Assembly (NCBI GenBank): GCA_965221165.1
Contig: CBDCRP010000002.1
Coordinates: forward strand, 160,001 to 224,000
Direction of reading: 5' to 3'
Length of the DNA: 64,000 bases
Source of the DNA: a bacterium
GTDB taxonomy: Bacteria; UBA8248
Made by a program: the position numbers and the translations under genes. Under the pieces are notes generated by a model. It made no database searches and was not told the DNA's origin. It was given only the letters and a program-made list of their open reading frames with translations. This document shows, piece by piece, positions 29,212 to 38,221 of the stretch (the first letter of the stretch is position 1; each line of letters begins with the position of its first letter).

Positions 29212-29670
29212 CTATATGCTCACCTGGAAGTTCGGCAGGCGGACGCCGTCTTTGTCGCCCGTCGGCGGCGCGCTCAACTCCTCCAGCGTGGTTTCGCGTA
29301 GCGTCTTGTCTATCGCGTTTTCGAGTTTTTTCCATAAAACCCGGCTTCCGCACACCGGGATGTTCGGGCACGGCGAGGAAGGCGGCGTCTCCCCGCAATC
29401 CACGGGCTGAATCGTCTCCCCCACGGCGGAGAGAACGTCGCGCATGTTGATTCGAGAGGGCGGCAGCGCGAGGATGTAGCCGCCTCCCGGCCCCCTCGTG
29501 CTGCTCACCAGAGAGGCCCTGCGCATCTTCACGAACAACTGCTCGAGGTAGTGCTGGCTGATTTCCAGATTGCCGGCTATCTGTGGCAAGGGAACCGGGT
29601 GCGTCTGCGAATGCCTGGCCAGCTCTATCATGGCGAGCACGGCGTATCGTCCCTTGGTCGATATCTTCAT
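29212..29670 (-). CDS. Rrf2 family transcriptional regulator (IscR/CymR-like, 3 Cys)
   Basis: MKISTKGRYA, YLEQLF, S.RGPGGGY and C-x8-C-x5-C motifs. Confidence 0.93.
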   Translation of the reverse strand: MKISTKGRYAVLAMIELARHSQTHPVPLPQIAGNLEISQHYLEQLFVKMRRASLVSSTRGPGGGYILALPPSRINMRDVLSAVGETIQPVDCGETPPSSPCPNIPVCGSRVLWKKLENAIDKTLRETTLEELSAPPTGDKDGVRLPNFQVSI

Positions 29671-29708
29671 CGGCGAAATCCTCTCATCGGGTGTTTCGGC
29701 CTCATCCG

Positions 29709-30527
29709 CTAAACGAGCGACCCCTGTCCTTCGGGGGTTCCCGGGGTCTTGGCTCGACTGCGCCCGGCGAGCGCGCAAACCGGACAATCCGGGTCCTGCT
29801 CCACGGGCAAGCCTCCAAAGGCGTTGTTCCAGAAATCGGCCGTCATCAGTCTGTTCGACCAGGCGGGCTCAAGCCTCTCGAGAACCCGGAGCGCATCGGC
29901 GGCCTGCGCCATGCCCACGAAGCCCGCCACGGCGCCTAAAACGCCCGCATCCCCACAGTCGAGGCCACGCGCATTTGCGCCCTCCTCTCCCACCAGGCAG
30001 CGCAGACACGCGCTCTCACCCGGCAGAATCGTCATCACCTGGCCGAAAAAGCGCAAAACGCCCCCCATAATCCACGGCTTGCCCGATAGCGCGCATGCGT
30101 CGTTCAAGGTGAGCTTCGTGGCCAGATTATCGCTTCCATCGAGAATGACGTCATAAGGCGCGATGATCCGGGCGGCGTTCTCGCGCGTGAGCTTCAGTGG
30201 AATCTTATCGACCGCCACTTTGGCGGAGAGCCTGAATATGGAATCTGCGCCCGAGTCCACCTTCAGGCGACCCATATCTTCGGCTCTGTGCAGAATCTGG
30301 CGCGCGAGGTTGTCGAGCGTCACCGTGTCGTGATCCGCCAGGCCGATGCGCCCCACGCCCGACGCCGCAAGGGCGAGTGCTGCGGACGAACCCAGGCCGC
30401 CTGCTCCTACGATGAGGGCGGATGAGGCCGCCGGAGCGTTTTCATCCCCCAAGCGGCCCTTGGATGCGCCTGGGGAGGCCACCGGATTTTTTGGTGAGGA
30501 ACCCACGTGCGCCTTATGAAAATTCAC
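29709..30527 (-). CDS. ThiF/MoeB-family E1-like adenylyltransferase (active-type, lacks N-terminal RYxR)
   Basis: IVGAGGLG, D.D.V..DNLARQ, DGSDN, CLRC, catalytic-loop Cys and CPVC; GTG start overlaps the JAB stop. Confidence 0.9.
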   Translation of the reverse strand: MNFHKAHVGSSPKNPVASPGASKGRLGDENAPAASSALIVGAGGLGSSAALALAASGVGRIGLADHDTVTLDNLARQILHRAEDMGRLKVDSGADSIFRLSAKVAVDKIPLKLTRENAARIIAPYDVILDGSDNLATKLTLNDACALSGKPWIMGGVLRFFGQVMTILPGESACLRCLVGEEGANARGLDCGDAGVLGAVAGFVGMAQAADALRVLERLEPAWSNRLMTADFWNNAFGGLPVEQDPDCPVCALAGRSRAKTPGTPEGQGSLV

Positions 30528-31018
30528 GCGCCCGCCTCCTCCAGTATCTCCAGATTGCTCTCGACGAAAATTTTTCCCGCCGCTTCCCAGGAAAACACCT
30601 TTTGGCCGAGAACCACGCCATCGCGAACGCTCATGACGACGTGCTCCGCATCCGGGAACGCGGGAATATCCCCGAAAGGAACCGCCGCATCCACGTCTTC
30701 CTGTGAAAAATAGGCGTCCTCATCCGGGTGGCTGTGAAATATGCCGCGAACCACTTCGCCCGCCTCCTCCGCTTTTTTTACGATGCGCTCGAACTCGAAG
30801 GGATCGATCAAAAAAGCGCGCCGCGCCGTTCGGGGATATATTTCCGGGTCTTTCTCGTGCATCTCGTTTTGCACGTTTCTACAGGGCAGCAGAGCGAGAG
30901 CCTCTTCTTTCTCTCCCACTGCGCGCGGCGGGCCGATAATCAACCCGCAACACTCATCGGGATAAGCCGCGCGCGCATGGCGGTGCATCGCCTCCACCTG
31001 TTCACGATTCAAGCGCAC
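30524..31018 (-). CDS. JAB/MPN (M67) metallopeptidase, CysO-cysteine peptidase-like
   Basis: YPDECCG and JAMM motif FHSHP....FS.ED. Confidence 0.92.
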   Translation of the reverse strand: MRLNREQVEAMHRHARAAYPDECCGLIIGPPRAVGEKEEALALLPCRNVQNEMHEKDPEIYPRTARRAFLIDPFEFERIVKKAEEAGEVVRGIFHSHPDEDAYFSQEDVDAAVPFGDIPAFPDAEHVVMSVRDGVVLGQKVFSWEAAGKIFVESNLEILEEAGA

Positions 31019-31029
31019 ATCAAACCTCC

Positions 31030-31968
31030 CTAGCGCGCCTCGCTCAAGTACCTGTCCCCCCCGTCGGGGAACAGGGTGACGATGACGCCCTTGCCTATCC
31101 GTTTCGCCACCTCACGGACGCCGACGAGCGCGGCGCCTGCGGAGTGACCGATGAAAAGGCCCTCTTCTTTCGCTATTTTCTCGGCCAGGTCGTAGCTCTC
31201 CTCGGTGCTCGCCGGAATCAGGTGATCGTGCACGCTCTCATCGTAAATACCCGGGCGAATGGCCGTGGGTATGTGTTTCATTCCCTCCAGGCCGTGAAAC
31301 GATTCCGAGGGCATGACGGCATGGACCACGACGCCCGGCTTCCTCGCCTTGAGGCCCCGCCCCGTGCCCACCAGCGTGCCCGTCGTGCCGAGACCGGCCA
31401 CGAAATACTCCACGCGCCCCTCGGTCTGCTCCAGAATCTCGACCGCCGTGGTCTCGACGTGGGCGAGCGGGTTGGCCGGGTTGTCGTACTGGCACGGCAG
31501 GAAATATTTTTCCGGCTCATCGCGATACATCTTCGCCGCGAGGCGCTGCGCCCCGTCCGAGCCTTCCAAAGGGTCCGAGAGAACGATATCGGCCCCATAG
31601 CTCTTCAACGTCGCCTTGCGCTCATCGCTCGCATTCGCAGGCAGGACGAGGCGGACGGGAACCCCAAGCGCCGCTCCGATCATGGCGTAGGCGATGCCGG
31701 TGTTCCCGCTCGTGGAATCGAGAAGAATCTTGCCCGGCCGCAACTGCCCCGACTCCAGGCCGTCCTTTACCATGAAGAGCGCCGGCCTGTCCTTGACCGA
31801 GCCGCCCGGGTTGAACCACTCCGCCTTGGCGTACACCTCCACTTCCGGGAACTCGCCCTCGAACAACTTGATTTCGAGCAAGGGGGTGTTGCCGATACAC
31901 TTGATGATTGCGGAATCCTCTAAATTTCTGAATGCGCTTGTGGGATTCTCCACCGTCGATTCGACCAT
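31030..31968 (-). CDS. cysM: Cysteine synthase (CysM-like)
   Basis: IGNTPL, NPGGSVKDR, TSGNTG, GLGTTGT and DGGDRYLS motifs. Confidence 0.88.
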   Translation of the reverse strand: MVESTVENPTSAFRNLEDSAIIKCIGNTPLLEIKLFEGEFPEVEVYAKAEWFNPGGSVKDRPALFMVKDGLESGQLRPGKILLDSTSGNTGIAYAMIGAALGVPVRLVLPANASDERKATLKSYGADIVLSDPLEGSDGAQRLAAKMYRDEPEKYFLPCQYDNPANPLAHVETTAVEILEQTEGRVEYFVAGLGTTGTLVGTGRGLKARKPGVVVHAVMPSESFHGLEGMKHIPTAIRPGIYDESVHDHLIPASTEESYDLAEKIAKEEGLFIGHSAGAALVGVREVAKRIGKGVIVTLFPDGGDRYLSEAR

Positions 31969-32000
31969 TGATATGGCCCTCGTGCTTGATCCTGAAAGTT

Positions 32001-32645
32001 TCAGGAAATGCGCGCGCTCGTTTCCATGAAGCCACGCGAAAGATCGAAACGGGCCTGCGCAGTCGACCCCACCGTATCCTCTTCATCCACCAGGCGCCGC
32101 AAGACCCTGACGGCCAGCCACGCGCCCAAAGCTCCCTGGGTCGCCACCGTGCGCGCTCCCCTTTCACGCGAGGCCGCACCCGGCCTCCCGAGTGCGGCGG
32201 TTCCTTCGAGAATCTCACCCGCCTCACCTGCGGAGACGCCTTGTATGGTGAATCTTCCCGAAGGCTCGAATTTCTCGAAATCCGCAGATGCCTCATCTCC
32301 CAACCAGACGAGCGCGTCGAAAACCTCCTCCTCGTCCAGGTAACGGGAAACCAGCGTGCAATCGGGATTCAAACTCCTTACGCCATCGCCCACACAAGCG
32401 CCCAGGAAGGATGAAAGCGGCGATTCTTCCTTCAATCCATCGGCCCCATCCAGCGGACACCAGCCGACCCGCCCCACGCCCCCGGCGGCCAGATAGACCA
32501 GGGCGACGAGGGCGGCGCTTTTCTCTTCTGCCGAAAACGCGATGAGCACGGAAGAAGCCAGGAGGCGCTCCTGGCCGATCCCTCCCACCCCGGGCAGAAG
32601 AATGTGCCGGCTGTAGCGCTGAATCTGCTCTTCGCTCAAACCCAA
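32001..32645 (-). CDS. Degenerate ThiF/MoeB paralog (keeps RYSRH; lacks P-loop and Zn cysteines)
   Basis: LSEEQIQRYSRHILLPGVGGIGQERLLASSVLI, YLAAGGVG and SLNPD; TTG start after GAGGAG. Confidence 0.75.
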   Translation of the reverse strand: MGLSEEQIQRYSRHILLPGVGGIGQERLLASSVLIAFSAEEKSAALVALVYLAAGGVGRVGWCPLDGADGLKEESPLSSFLGACVGDGVRSLNPDCTLVSRYLDEEEVFDALVWLGDEASADFEKFEPSGRFTIQGVSAGEAGEILEGTAALGRPGAASRERGARTVATQGALGAWLAVRVLRRLVDEEDTVGSTAQARFDLSRGFMETSARIS

Positions 32646-32679
32646 GGGACGGTTCTCCTCTCGGGAGTATTGCGGGAGA

Positions 32680-32958
32680 TTAGAGGCCGCCCGCGATGGC
32701 CGGCACGATGGAGACCTCATCGCCATCGCTCACCGCCGTTCCCTCTCCCTGCAGGAAGCGGATGTCCTCCTGGTTCACATAAATGTTCACGAACCGGCGC
32801 AGCTTGCCCTGCTCGTCGTAAAGGCGCTGGCGAATGCCCGCAAATTGCCGGTCGAGGTTTTCGAGCACTTCCTTGATATCCGCGCCCCCGATCTCCACGG
32901 CGTCCTGCTGCTGGGTGAACTCCTGTAAAGGTGTCGGAATACGAACCGTTACCGCCAT
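32680..32958 (-). CDS. MoaD/ThiS/CysO-like ubiquitin-fold sulfur carrier
   Basis: V.VRIPTPL, RRFVNIYVN.EDIR, C-terminal IVPAIAGG-L; RBS AGGAG. Confidence 0.93.
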   Translation of the reverse strand: MAVTVRIPTPLQEFTQQQDAVEIGGADIKEVLENLDRQFAGIRQRLYDEQGKLRRFVNIYVNQEDIRFLQGEGTAVSDGDEVSIVPAIAGGL

Positions 32959-33014
32959 TTCTGTCTCCTGATCTGTCTGAAACCCCTCTTTTCGGGGTGA
33001 ACGAAATAAGATTT

Positions 33015-33974
33015 CTAATGAAATTGCTGCTCCAGACTATAATACCTCTCCCAGCCATCGGGAATGACGACCACCACGTTTTCCTCCGGACTCATCCGCC
33101 GCGCTACGCGCAGGGCCGCGCAAACGGCCGCGCCCGCCGAAATGCCTGCGGCCATGCCCTCCTCCCGGCTCAGGGCCTTGCTCATGTCGTAGGCGTCCGA
33201 ATCGCTCACCTGCGCCATTTCGTCGATGATCGCCCGGTTCAACACCCCGGGAATGAAGCCGGCGCCTATTCCCTGTATATGGTGCGGTCCCGGCTCCCCG
33301 CCCGAAAGAACGGGCGATGCGGCGGGCTCCACCCCCACGATGAGGGTTTCGGGGCTTCTCTCCTTCAGTACCTCGCCCACTCCCGTGATGGTGCCTCCCG
33401 TCCCCACGCCCGCCACGAAGGCGTCTATCGATTCCGCGCCCATGTCGCGCAAAATCTCGCGCGCCGTGGTCCTGCGGTGGATTTCCGGGTTGGCCGGGTT
33501 GTTGAACTGCTGGGGCATGAAATAGTCCGGATTTTCGGCCAATATGGCTTCCGCCTTGACGAGGGAGCCGTACATGCCGCCTTCGCTGGAGCTGAAGACC
33601 ACCTCCGCCCCATAGCCGGTGAGCAGGGAGTGCCGCTCGTGACTCATGCTCTTGCTGAGCACGATGATGGTCCTGTAGCCGCGTATGGCGCCGATGAGCG
33701 CCAAGCCGATCCCCGTGTTGCCGCTCGTAGGCTCGATGATCGTTCCGCCGGGCTTCAGGAGTCCGCGCCGCTCGCCGTCGAGCACCATGCTGAGCGCGAT
33801 GCGATCCTTCACGCTTCCGCCGGGATTATATTGCTCGAGTTTGGCGAACACGCGCGCGCCGGATGCGTCGGGCAGACGCTGCAACCGGACGAGGCTCGTG
33901 CCCCCTATGCGATCGATGAGCGAGGGAAGCGCCCTTAAAATCTGGGGCGGGCGACCCCGTGTGCCCAATGCCAT
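33015..33974 (-). CDS. cysK: Cysteine synthase A (CysK-like)
   Basis: NPGGSVKDR, EPTSGNTG, QQFNNPAN, GVGTGGT and HHIQGIGAGF motifs. Confidence 0.92.
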   Translation of the reverse strand: MALGTRGRPPQILRALPSLIDRIGGTSLVRLQRLPDASGARVFAKLEQYNPGGSVKDRIALSMVLDGERRGLLKPGGTIIEPTSGNTGIGLALIGAIRGYRTIIVLSKSMSHERHSLLTGYGAEVVFSSSEGGMYGSLVKAEAILAENPDYFMPQQFNNPANPEIHRRTTAREILRDMGAESIDAFVAGVGTGGTITGVGEVLKERSPETLIVGVEPAASPVLSGGEPGPHHIQGIGAGFIPGVLNRAIIDEMAQVSDSDAYDMSKALSREEGMAAGISAGAAVCAALRVARRMSPEENVVVVIPDGWERYYSLEQQFH

Positions 33975-34015
33975 GAGAGTACCCTTCCAAATCTTTTCAC
34001 CAAGACTCAGCCGAG

Positions 34016-34052
34016 CGTGAGACTATAATTCCTAAACAAAATTGTCAAGAAT
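34016..34052 (-). promoter_or_regulatory. Promoter of the cys operon overlapped by an Rrf2/IscR-type operator
   Basis: Minus strand TTGACA-N17-TAGTCT; 25-bp imperfect palindrome ATTCTTGACAATTTTGTTTAGGAAT (34028-34052). Confidence 0.7.
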
Positions 34053-34180
34053 TCCCCATTAAAGAATTTTTTGTTTTTTCTCCTTTTCGGCGCACCCTCG
34101 CCACACTCCCAATATATTCTCCGTGTGCTACATTCTCAGGACGCATCGTTTTATGTTGGATGAGAAAAGGAGAGCGCGAG

Positions 34181-35002
34181 ATGCCCCATTCCGCAGACGT
34201 TCCCCCCATTGCCTTGACGATAGCGGGTTCGGACTCCGGCGGCGGCGCAGGGATTCAGGCCGATCTCAAGACCTTCAGCGCATTCGGCGTCTATGGCGCC
34301 TCGGTCATCACCGCGCTCACGGCGCAAAATACCGTGGGCGTACAGGGGGTGCACGGCGCTCCGCCCGATTTCATCGCGGCGCAATTCGACTCGGTGTGCT
34401 CGGACTTGGAAATTGCAAGCGCGAAAATCGGCATGCTCGCCACGGTCGACGTCATCGAGGTCGTCGCCGAGAAGCTCAAGGCGCACGCGCTCGCGCGCGT
34501 CGTGCTCGACCCGGTGATGGTCGCCAAAAGCGGCGATCGTCTCCTGGCGCCCGACGCCAGAGACGCGCTCGTCGAAAAACTCTTTCCGCTGGCCGAGGTC
34601 GTCACCCCCAACACGGAGGAGGCGCGCGACATTCTGGAGATCCCCGAGATAGAGAACCTCGCACAGATGAAGGACGCCGCCCGAACCCTCCACGAGCGGG
34701 GGGCGAAATGCGTTCTGCTCAAGGGAGGCCACATCACCGACGGGGCGGTGGATATTTTTTTCGATGGAGAAACCGAGGTCGCCCTCGAGGGCAGGCGCAT
34801 CGACACCCCGCACACCCACGGCACGGGATGCACGCTCTCCTCCGCCATTGCGGCGGGGCTGGCCCTGGGCGACTCCACCATCGAGGCGGTGAGACGGGCG
34901 AAGGATTTCATTCAGGGCGCCATCGAGAACGCGCTGGCCATCGGAAACGGCAGAGGCCCGCTCAATCACATGTACCGTCAGCCCAAAGAGAAATCACCAT
35001 GA
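34181..35002 (+). CDS. thiD: Hydroxymethylpyrimidine/phosphomethylpyrimidine kinase
   Basis: LTIAGSDSGGGAGIQADLKT, DPVM, TPN and HTHGTGCT motifs. Confidence 0.95.
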   Translation: MPHSADVPPIALTIAGSDSGGGAGIQADLKTFSAFGVYGASVITALTAQNTVGVQGVHGAPPDFIAAQFDSVCSDLEIASAKIGMLATVDVIEVVAEKLKAHALARVVLDPVMVAKSGDRLLAPDARDALVEKLFPLAEVVTPNTEEARDILEIPEIENLAQMKDAARTLHERGAKCVLLKGGHITDGAVDIFFDGETEVALEGRRIDTPHTHGTGCTLSSAIAAGLALGDSTIEAVRRAKDFIQGAIENALAIGNGRGPLNHMYRQPKEKSP

Positions 35003-35086
35003 GCCGTGAACTCTCGCAGAGCCTGATTTTCATATTCCAGGCTGCGATTCGACCAGACGACGATTCAACCAAAGGAAGGAGTCCCC

Positions 35087-35494
35087 ATGAGTGATCACCA
35101 TAAACCCTTGCGCGTGCGGGAGAGCGAAGCCCTGAGCGGAGAGCTGCCCGTGCCCGGGGGGAGAAGCATGTTCCGGATTCTGCTGGATGAGGAGAGCGTG
35201 GGCGCCAAGCAGTTCGCCTTGCTCATCAACGAATTCGACCCGGGACTCACCTCCACCGCCCACAAGCACGACACCGAGGAACATGCCTTCTACATCATCA
35301 GCGGAACGGGGGTGATCGACATCGAGGGGGATAAGATATCGGTCGAGGCGGGCGACGCGGTTTTCGTGCCCCCCGGCAAGATGCACCAAATCACGAGCAC
35401 GGGTGACTCGCTGTTCAAATATGTGGTTTTATATTCGCCTCCGGGTCCCAATGTGGCGCTCAGGGAAAAAGGCGCCTATGGACTCGCTGAATGA
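35087..35494 (+). CDS. Cupin domain protein
   Basis: HKH..EE.FYII.G.G and GD.VFVP.G..H motifs. Confidence 0.88.
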   Translation: MSDHHKPLRVRESEALSGELPVPGGRSMFRILLDEESVGAKQFALLINEFDPGLTSTAHKHDTEEHAFYIISGTGVIDIEGDKISVEAGDAVFVPPGKMHQITSTGDSLFKYVVLYSPPGPNVALREKGAYGLAE

Positions 35495-35572
35495 TTCGGG
35501 TTTGATGCGCTGAATCGTTTTCATGGAATCGGTGTACCAGGGATAAACCAAATTCCTTATCGGGAAGAAAAA

Positions 35573-38122
35573 ATGACTACTGTACTTTCGTTTCAGGTAG
35601 TGCCCAGCATTCCTCCCGAACTGGGAGAACTCGAAGAAATCGCCGACAACATCGCCTTCGACTGGAACCATCGCGCGCGCGCGCTGTTCAGTAGGCTGGA
35701 CGAGACCCAGTGGGAAGATTGCCACTACAACCCCGTCACGATGCTGAAATCCGTCTCTCAGGAGCGGCTCGATGCGGCGGCGCGCGATGCGCATTTCCTC
35801 CGCGAGATGAAAAGCGTGGTCAAAGAGCTTCACGCATATCTCCACAAACCATCCTGGTACCAGAACCTGCCCGAGAGCGAAAAGAGCGAGAACCTCCGCA
35901 TCGCCTACTTCAGCATGGAATTCGGGCTCACGGAATCCGTGCCCAACTACTCGGGCGGCCTGGGCGTCCTCGCCGGCGATCACATGAAATCCGCGAGCGA
36001 CTTGGGACTGCCCCTCATCGGCGTCGGCCTCGCCTACAGCCAGGGATATTTTCGCCAACACCTAGGCCCCGACGGCTGGCAGCAGGAGCGCTACCCGGAC
36101 AACGATTTCCATCACACGCCGTTCCATCTCGAGCACGATGCGGACGGAGCGCCCATCACGGTGGAGGTCGACTACCCCGACGGCCTCCTCACTGCGCAAG
36201 TCTGGCACGTGCAGGTGGGCCGCAACCCCATCTACCTCCTGGACGCCAACGTTCCCGGAAATGCTCCCTCGCTACGCGAAATCACCCTGGCCCTCTACGG
36301 CGGGGACATGGAAACGCGGATTCGCCAGGAGATACTGCTCGGCATCGGCGGCGTAAGATTGCTCCACAAACTGAACCTCCCCCCCGTCGTCTGCCACATG
36401 AACGAGGGACATTCCGCCTTCCTGGCGCTCGAGAGAATCCGTTTTTCCATGGGAAAATTCGGCATCGACGCCGGCGCTGCCCGGGAATTGACTTCTGCGG
36501 GAAACGTTTTCACGACGCACACGCCCGTTCCTGCCGGCATCGACATTTTTCCGCCCGACATGATGGAAAAATACTTTCGAAAATACGCGCAATCCCTCTC
36601 CATGGACTGGGGCGACTTTCTGGGCCTGGGCCGGGTGAACCCCGGACAGGGGGATGAGCCTTTCAACATGGCCGTCCTCGCGCTGCGTCTTTCCTCGGCG
36701 GCGAACGGCGTCAGCAAACTGCATGGCGAGATTTCACGAAAGATGTGGCAATCCATGTGGCCGGAAGTCCCCGAGCAGGATATTCCCATCGACTCCATCA
36801 CGAACGGCGTCCACTTTCCCACCTGGGTATCGCCCGAGATGAAGGACTTGTTCGACAGGCATCTGGGCGGCGGCTGGGTGGATGAGACGGACAAGCCGGA
36901 GAAGTGGGAGAGAGTCGCCTCCATCCCGGCGAGCGAGCTCTGGAGCGCAAGGGAGAAAAGCCGCGAGCGGCTCATCGCGTTTTGCCGCGCGCATGCCCAC
37001 AAGCGGCCATTGGGAAGCGTTACCCACCCCAACGTCACCATGCTCCCCAACCCCAAAACCCTGACGATCGGATTCGCGAGACGTTTCGCCACCTACAAGC
37101 GCGCCACCCTTTTGCTCAAAAGGCCCGAACGCCTCGTTTCACTCCTCACGAACGCGGAAAAGCCCATTCAGATCATATTCGCCGGCAAAGCCCACCCGAG
37201 AGACATGGAGGGCAAGAGCTTCATCCGCGAACTCATCCACTTCGCCCGAAGGGAAAACGTGCAGGACAGGCTCGTATTCGTGGAAGATTACGACATCCAC
37301 GTCGCGCGGCAACTCGTGCAAGGGGTCGATTTGTGGCTCAACAATCCCCGCCGCCCGCAAGAAGCGAGTGGTACGAGCGGCATGAAGGCCGCCGCGAACG
37401 GCGCCCTGAATCTGAGCATCTTGGACGGCTGGTGGGCGGAGGGGTATGCGAGCCGCTTGGGGTGGGCCATCGGCGGCCTGGAGACCTACAACGACCCCGG
37501 CTACCAGGACGAGATGGAGAGCGAGAGCTTGTTCAACACCCTCGAACAAGCCGTGGTTCCGCTTTTCTATGAACGCAGCGAAGAGGGCATTCCATCCCGC
37601 TGGGTGGAGATGATCAAACACTCCCTGCAATCCCTGTGTCCCTATTTCAATACGAGCCGGATGGTGCGCGAATACGCCGAAAAATTCTATCTGCCCCTGG
37701 GGGCGCATCATGCGCGCCTCATGGCGGATGAGAGGGTGCCCGCGAAGGCGCTCTCCGAATGGAAGGAGCACGTGCGCCGCGCATGGCCCGGGGTGGAGAT
37801 CACCCAAATATCAATGGCGCAAAACGGCGTCGTTCCGTTGGGCGCAAAAATGCGGGTCGAGGCGGAGGTTTCGCTCGGAAGACTCTCGCCCGAAGAAGTT
37901 CGCCTCGAGATTTACGAGGGCGCCTGGAAGGAGGAGAAACTGTTGTCCGGCGAGATCATCTCCCCTATGGTTTTCACGGAAGACTTAGGGGGCGGCGCGT
38001 ACCGTTTTCAGGGCGAGATCGAATGCCGCAGACCGGGCATGCACGGCGTGTCGGTGCGCGCAGTGCCCCATCACCCGCATCTCATTCATCCGTTGAGTCT
38101 GCATCTCTTGACCTGGGGTTAG
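35573..38122 (+). CDS. glgP: Alpha-glucan (glycogen/starch) phosphorylase
   Basis: AYFSMEFG, YSGGLG, HMNEGH, FARRFATYKR and EASGTSGMK motifs. Confidence 0.95.
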   Translation: MTTVLSFQVVPSIPPELGELEEIADNIAFDWNHRARALFSRLDETQWEDCHYNPVTMLKSVSQERLDAAARDAHFLREMKSVVKELHAYLHKPSWYQNLPESEKSENLRIAYFSMEFGLTESVPNYSGGLGVLAGDHMKSASDLGLPLIGVGLAYSQGYFRQHLGPDGWQQERYPDNDFHHTPFHLEHDADGAPITVEVDYPDGLLTAQVWHVQVGRNPIYLLDANVPGNAPSLREITLALYGGDMETRIRQEILLGIGGVRLLHKLNLPPVVCHMNEGHSAFLALERIRFSMGKFGIDAGAARELTSAGNVFTTHTPVPAGIDIFPPDMMEKYFRKYAQSLSMDWGDFLGLGRVNPGQGDEPFNMAVLALRLSSAANGVSKLHGEISRKMWQSMWPEVPEQDIPIDSITNGVHFPTWVSPEMKDLFDRHLGGGWVDETDKPEKWERVASIPASELWSAREKSRERLIAFCRAHAHKRPLGSVTHPNVTMLPNPKTLTIGFARRFATYKRATLLLKRPERLVSLLTNAEKPIQIIFAGKAHPRDMEGKSFIRELIHFARRENVQDRLVFVEDYDIHVARQLVQGVDLWLNNPRRPQEASGTSGMKAAANGALNLSILDGWWAEGYASRLGWAIGGLETYNDPGYQDEMESESLFNTLEQAVVPLFYERSEEGIPSRWVEMIKHSLQSLCPYFNTSRMVREYAEKFYLPLGAHHARLMADERVPAKALSEWKEHVRRAWPGVEITQISMAQNGVVPLGAKMRVEAEVSLGRLSPEEVRLEIYEGAWKEEKLLSGEIISPMVFTEDLGGGAYRFQGEIECRRPGMHGVSVRAVPHHPHLIHPLSLHLLTWG

Positions 38123-38221
38123 GCGGCGGCGCGCGTAAGAGCGCATTTCATGTTTCTCTTCGCTCTTGATAAGCTAACCGAAAAGGAGAACCGGCTCGCA
38201 GCGCGCGTAGGAGAATAGTTC

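Noticed and set aside
27870-33974. Functional link between the selenoprotein and the sulfur-carrier operon (selenium relay)
   Set aside because: Proximity only; the genes are convergent, separated by REPs and a pseudogene, and no sel genes are present in the window.
33975-34180. TPP riboswitch upstream of thiD
   Set aside because: No CTGAGA/CCTGA core in the right arrangement; the region is explained by divergent promoters and the Rrf2-type box.
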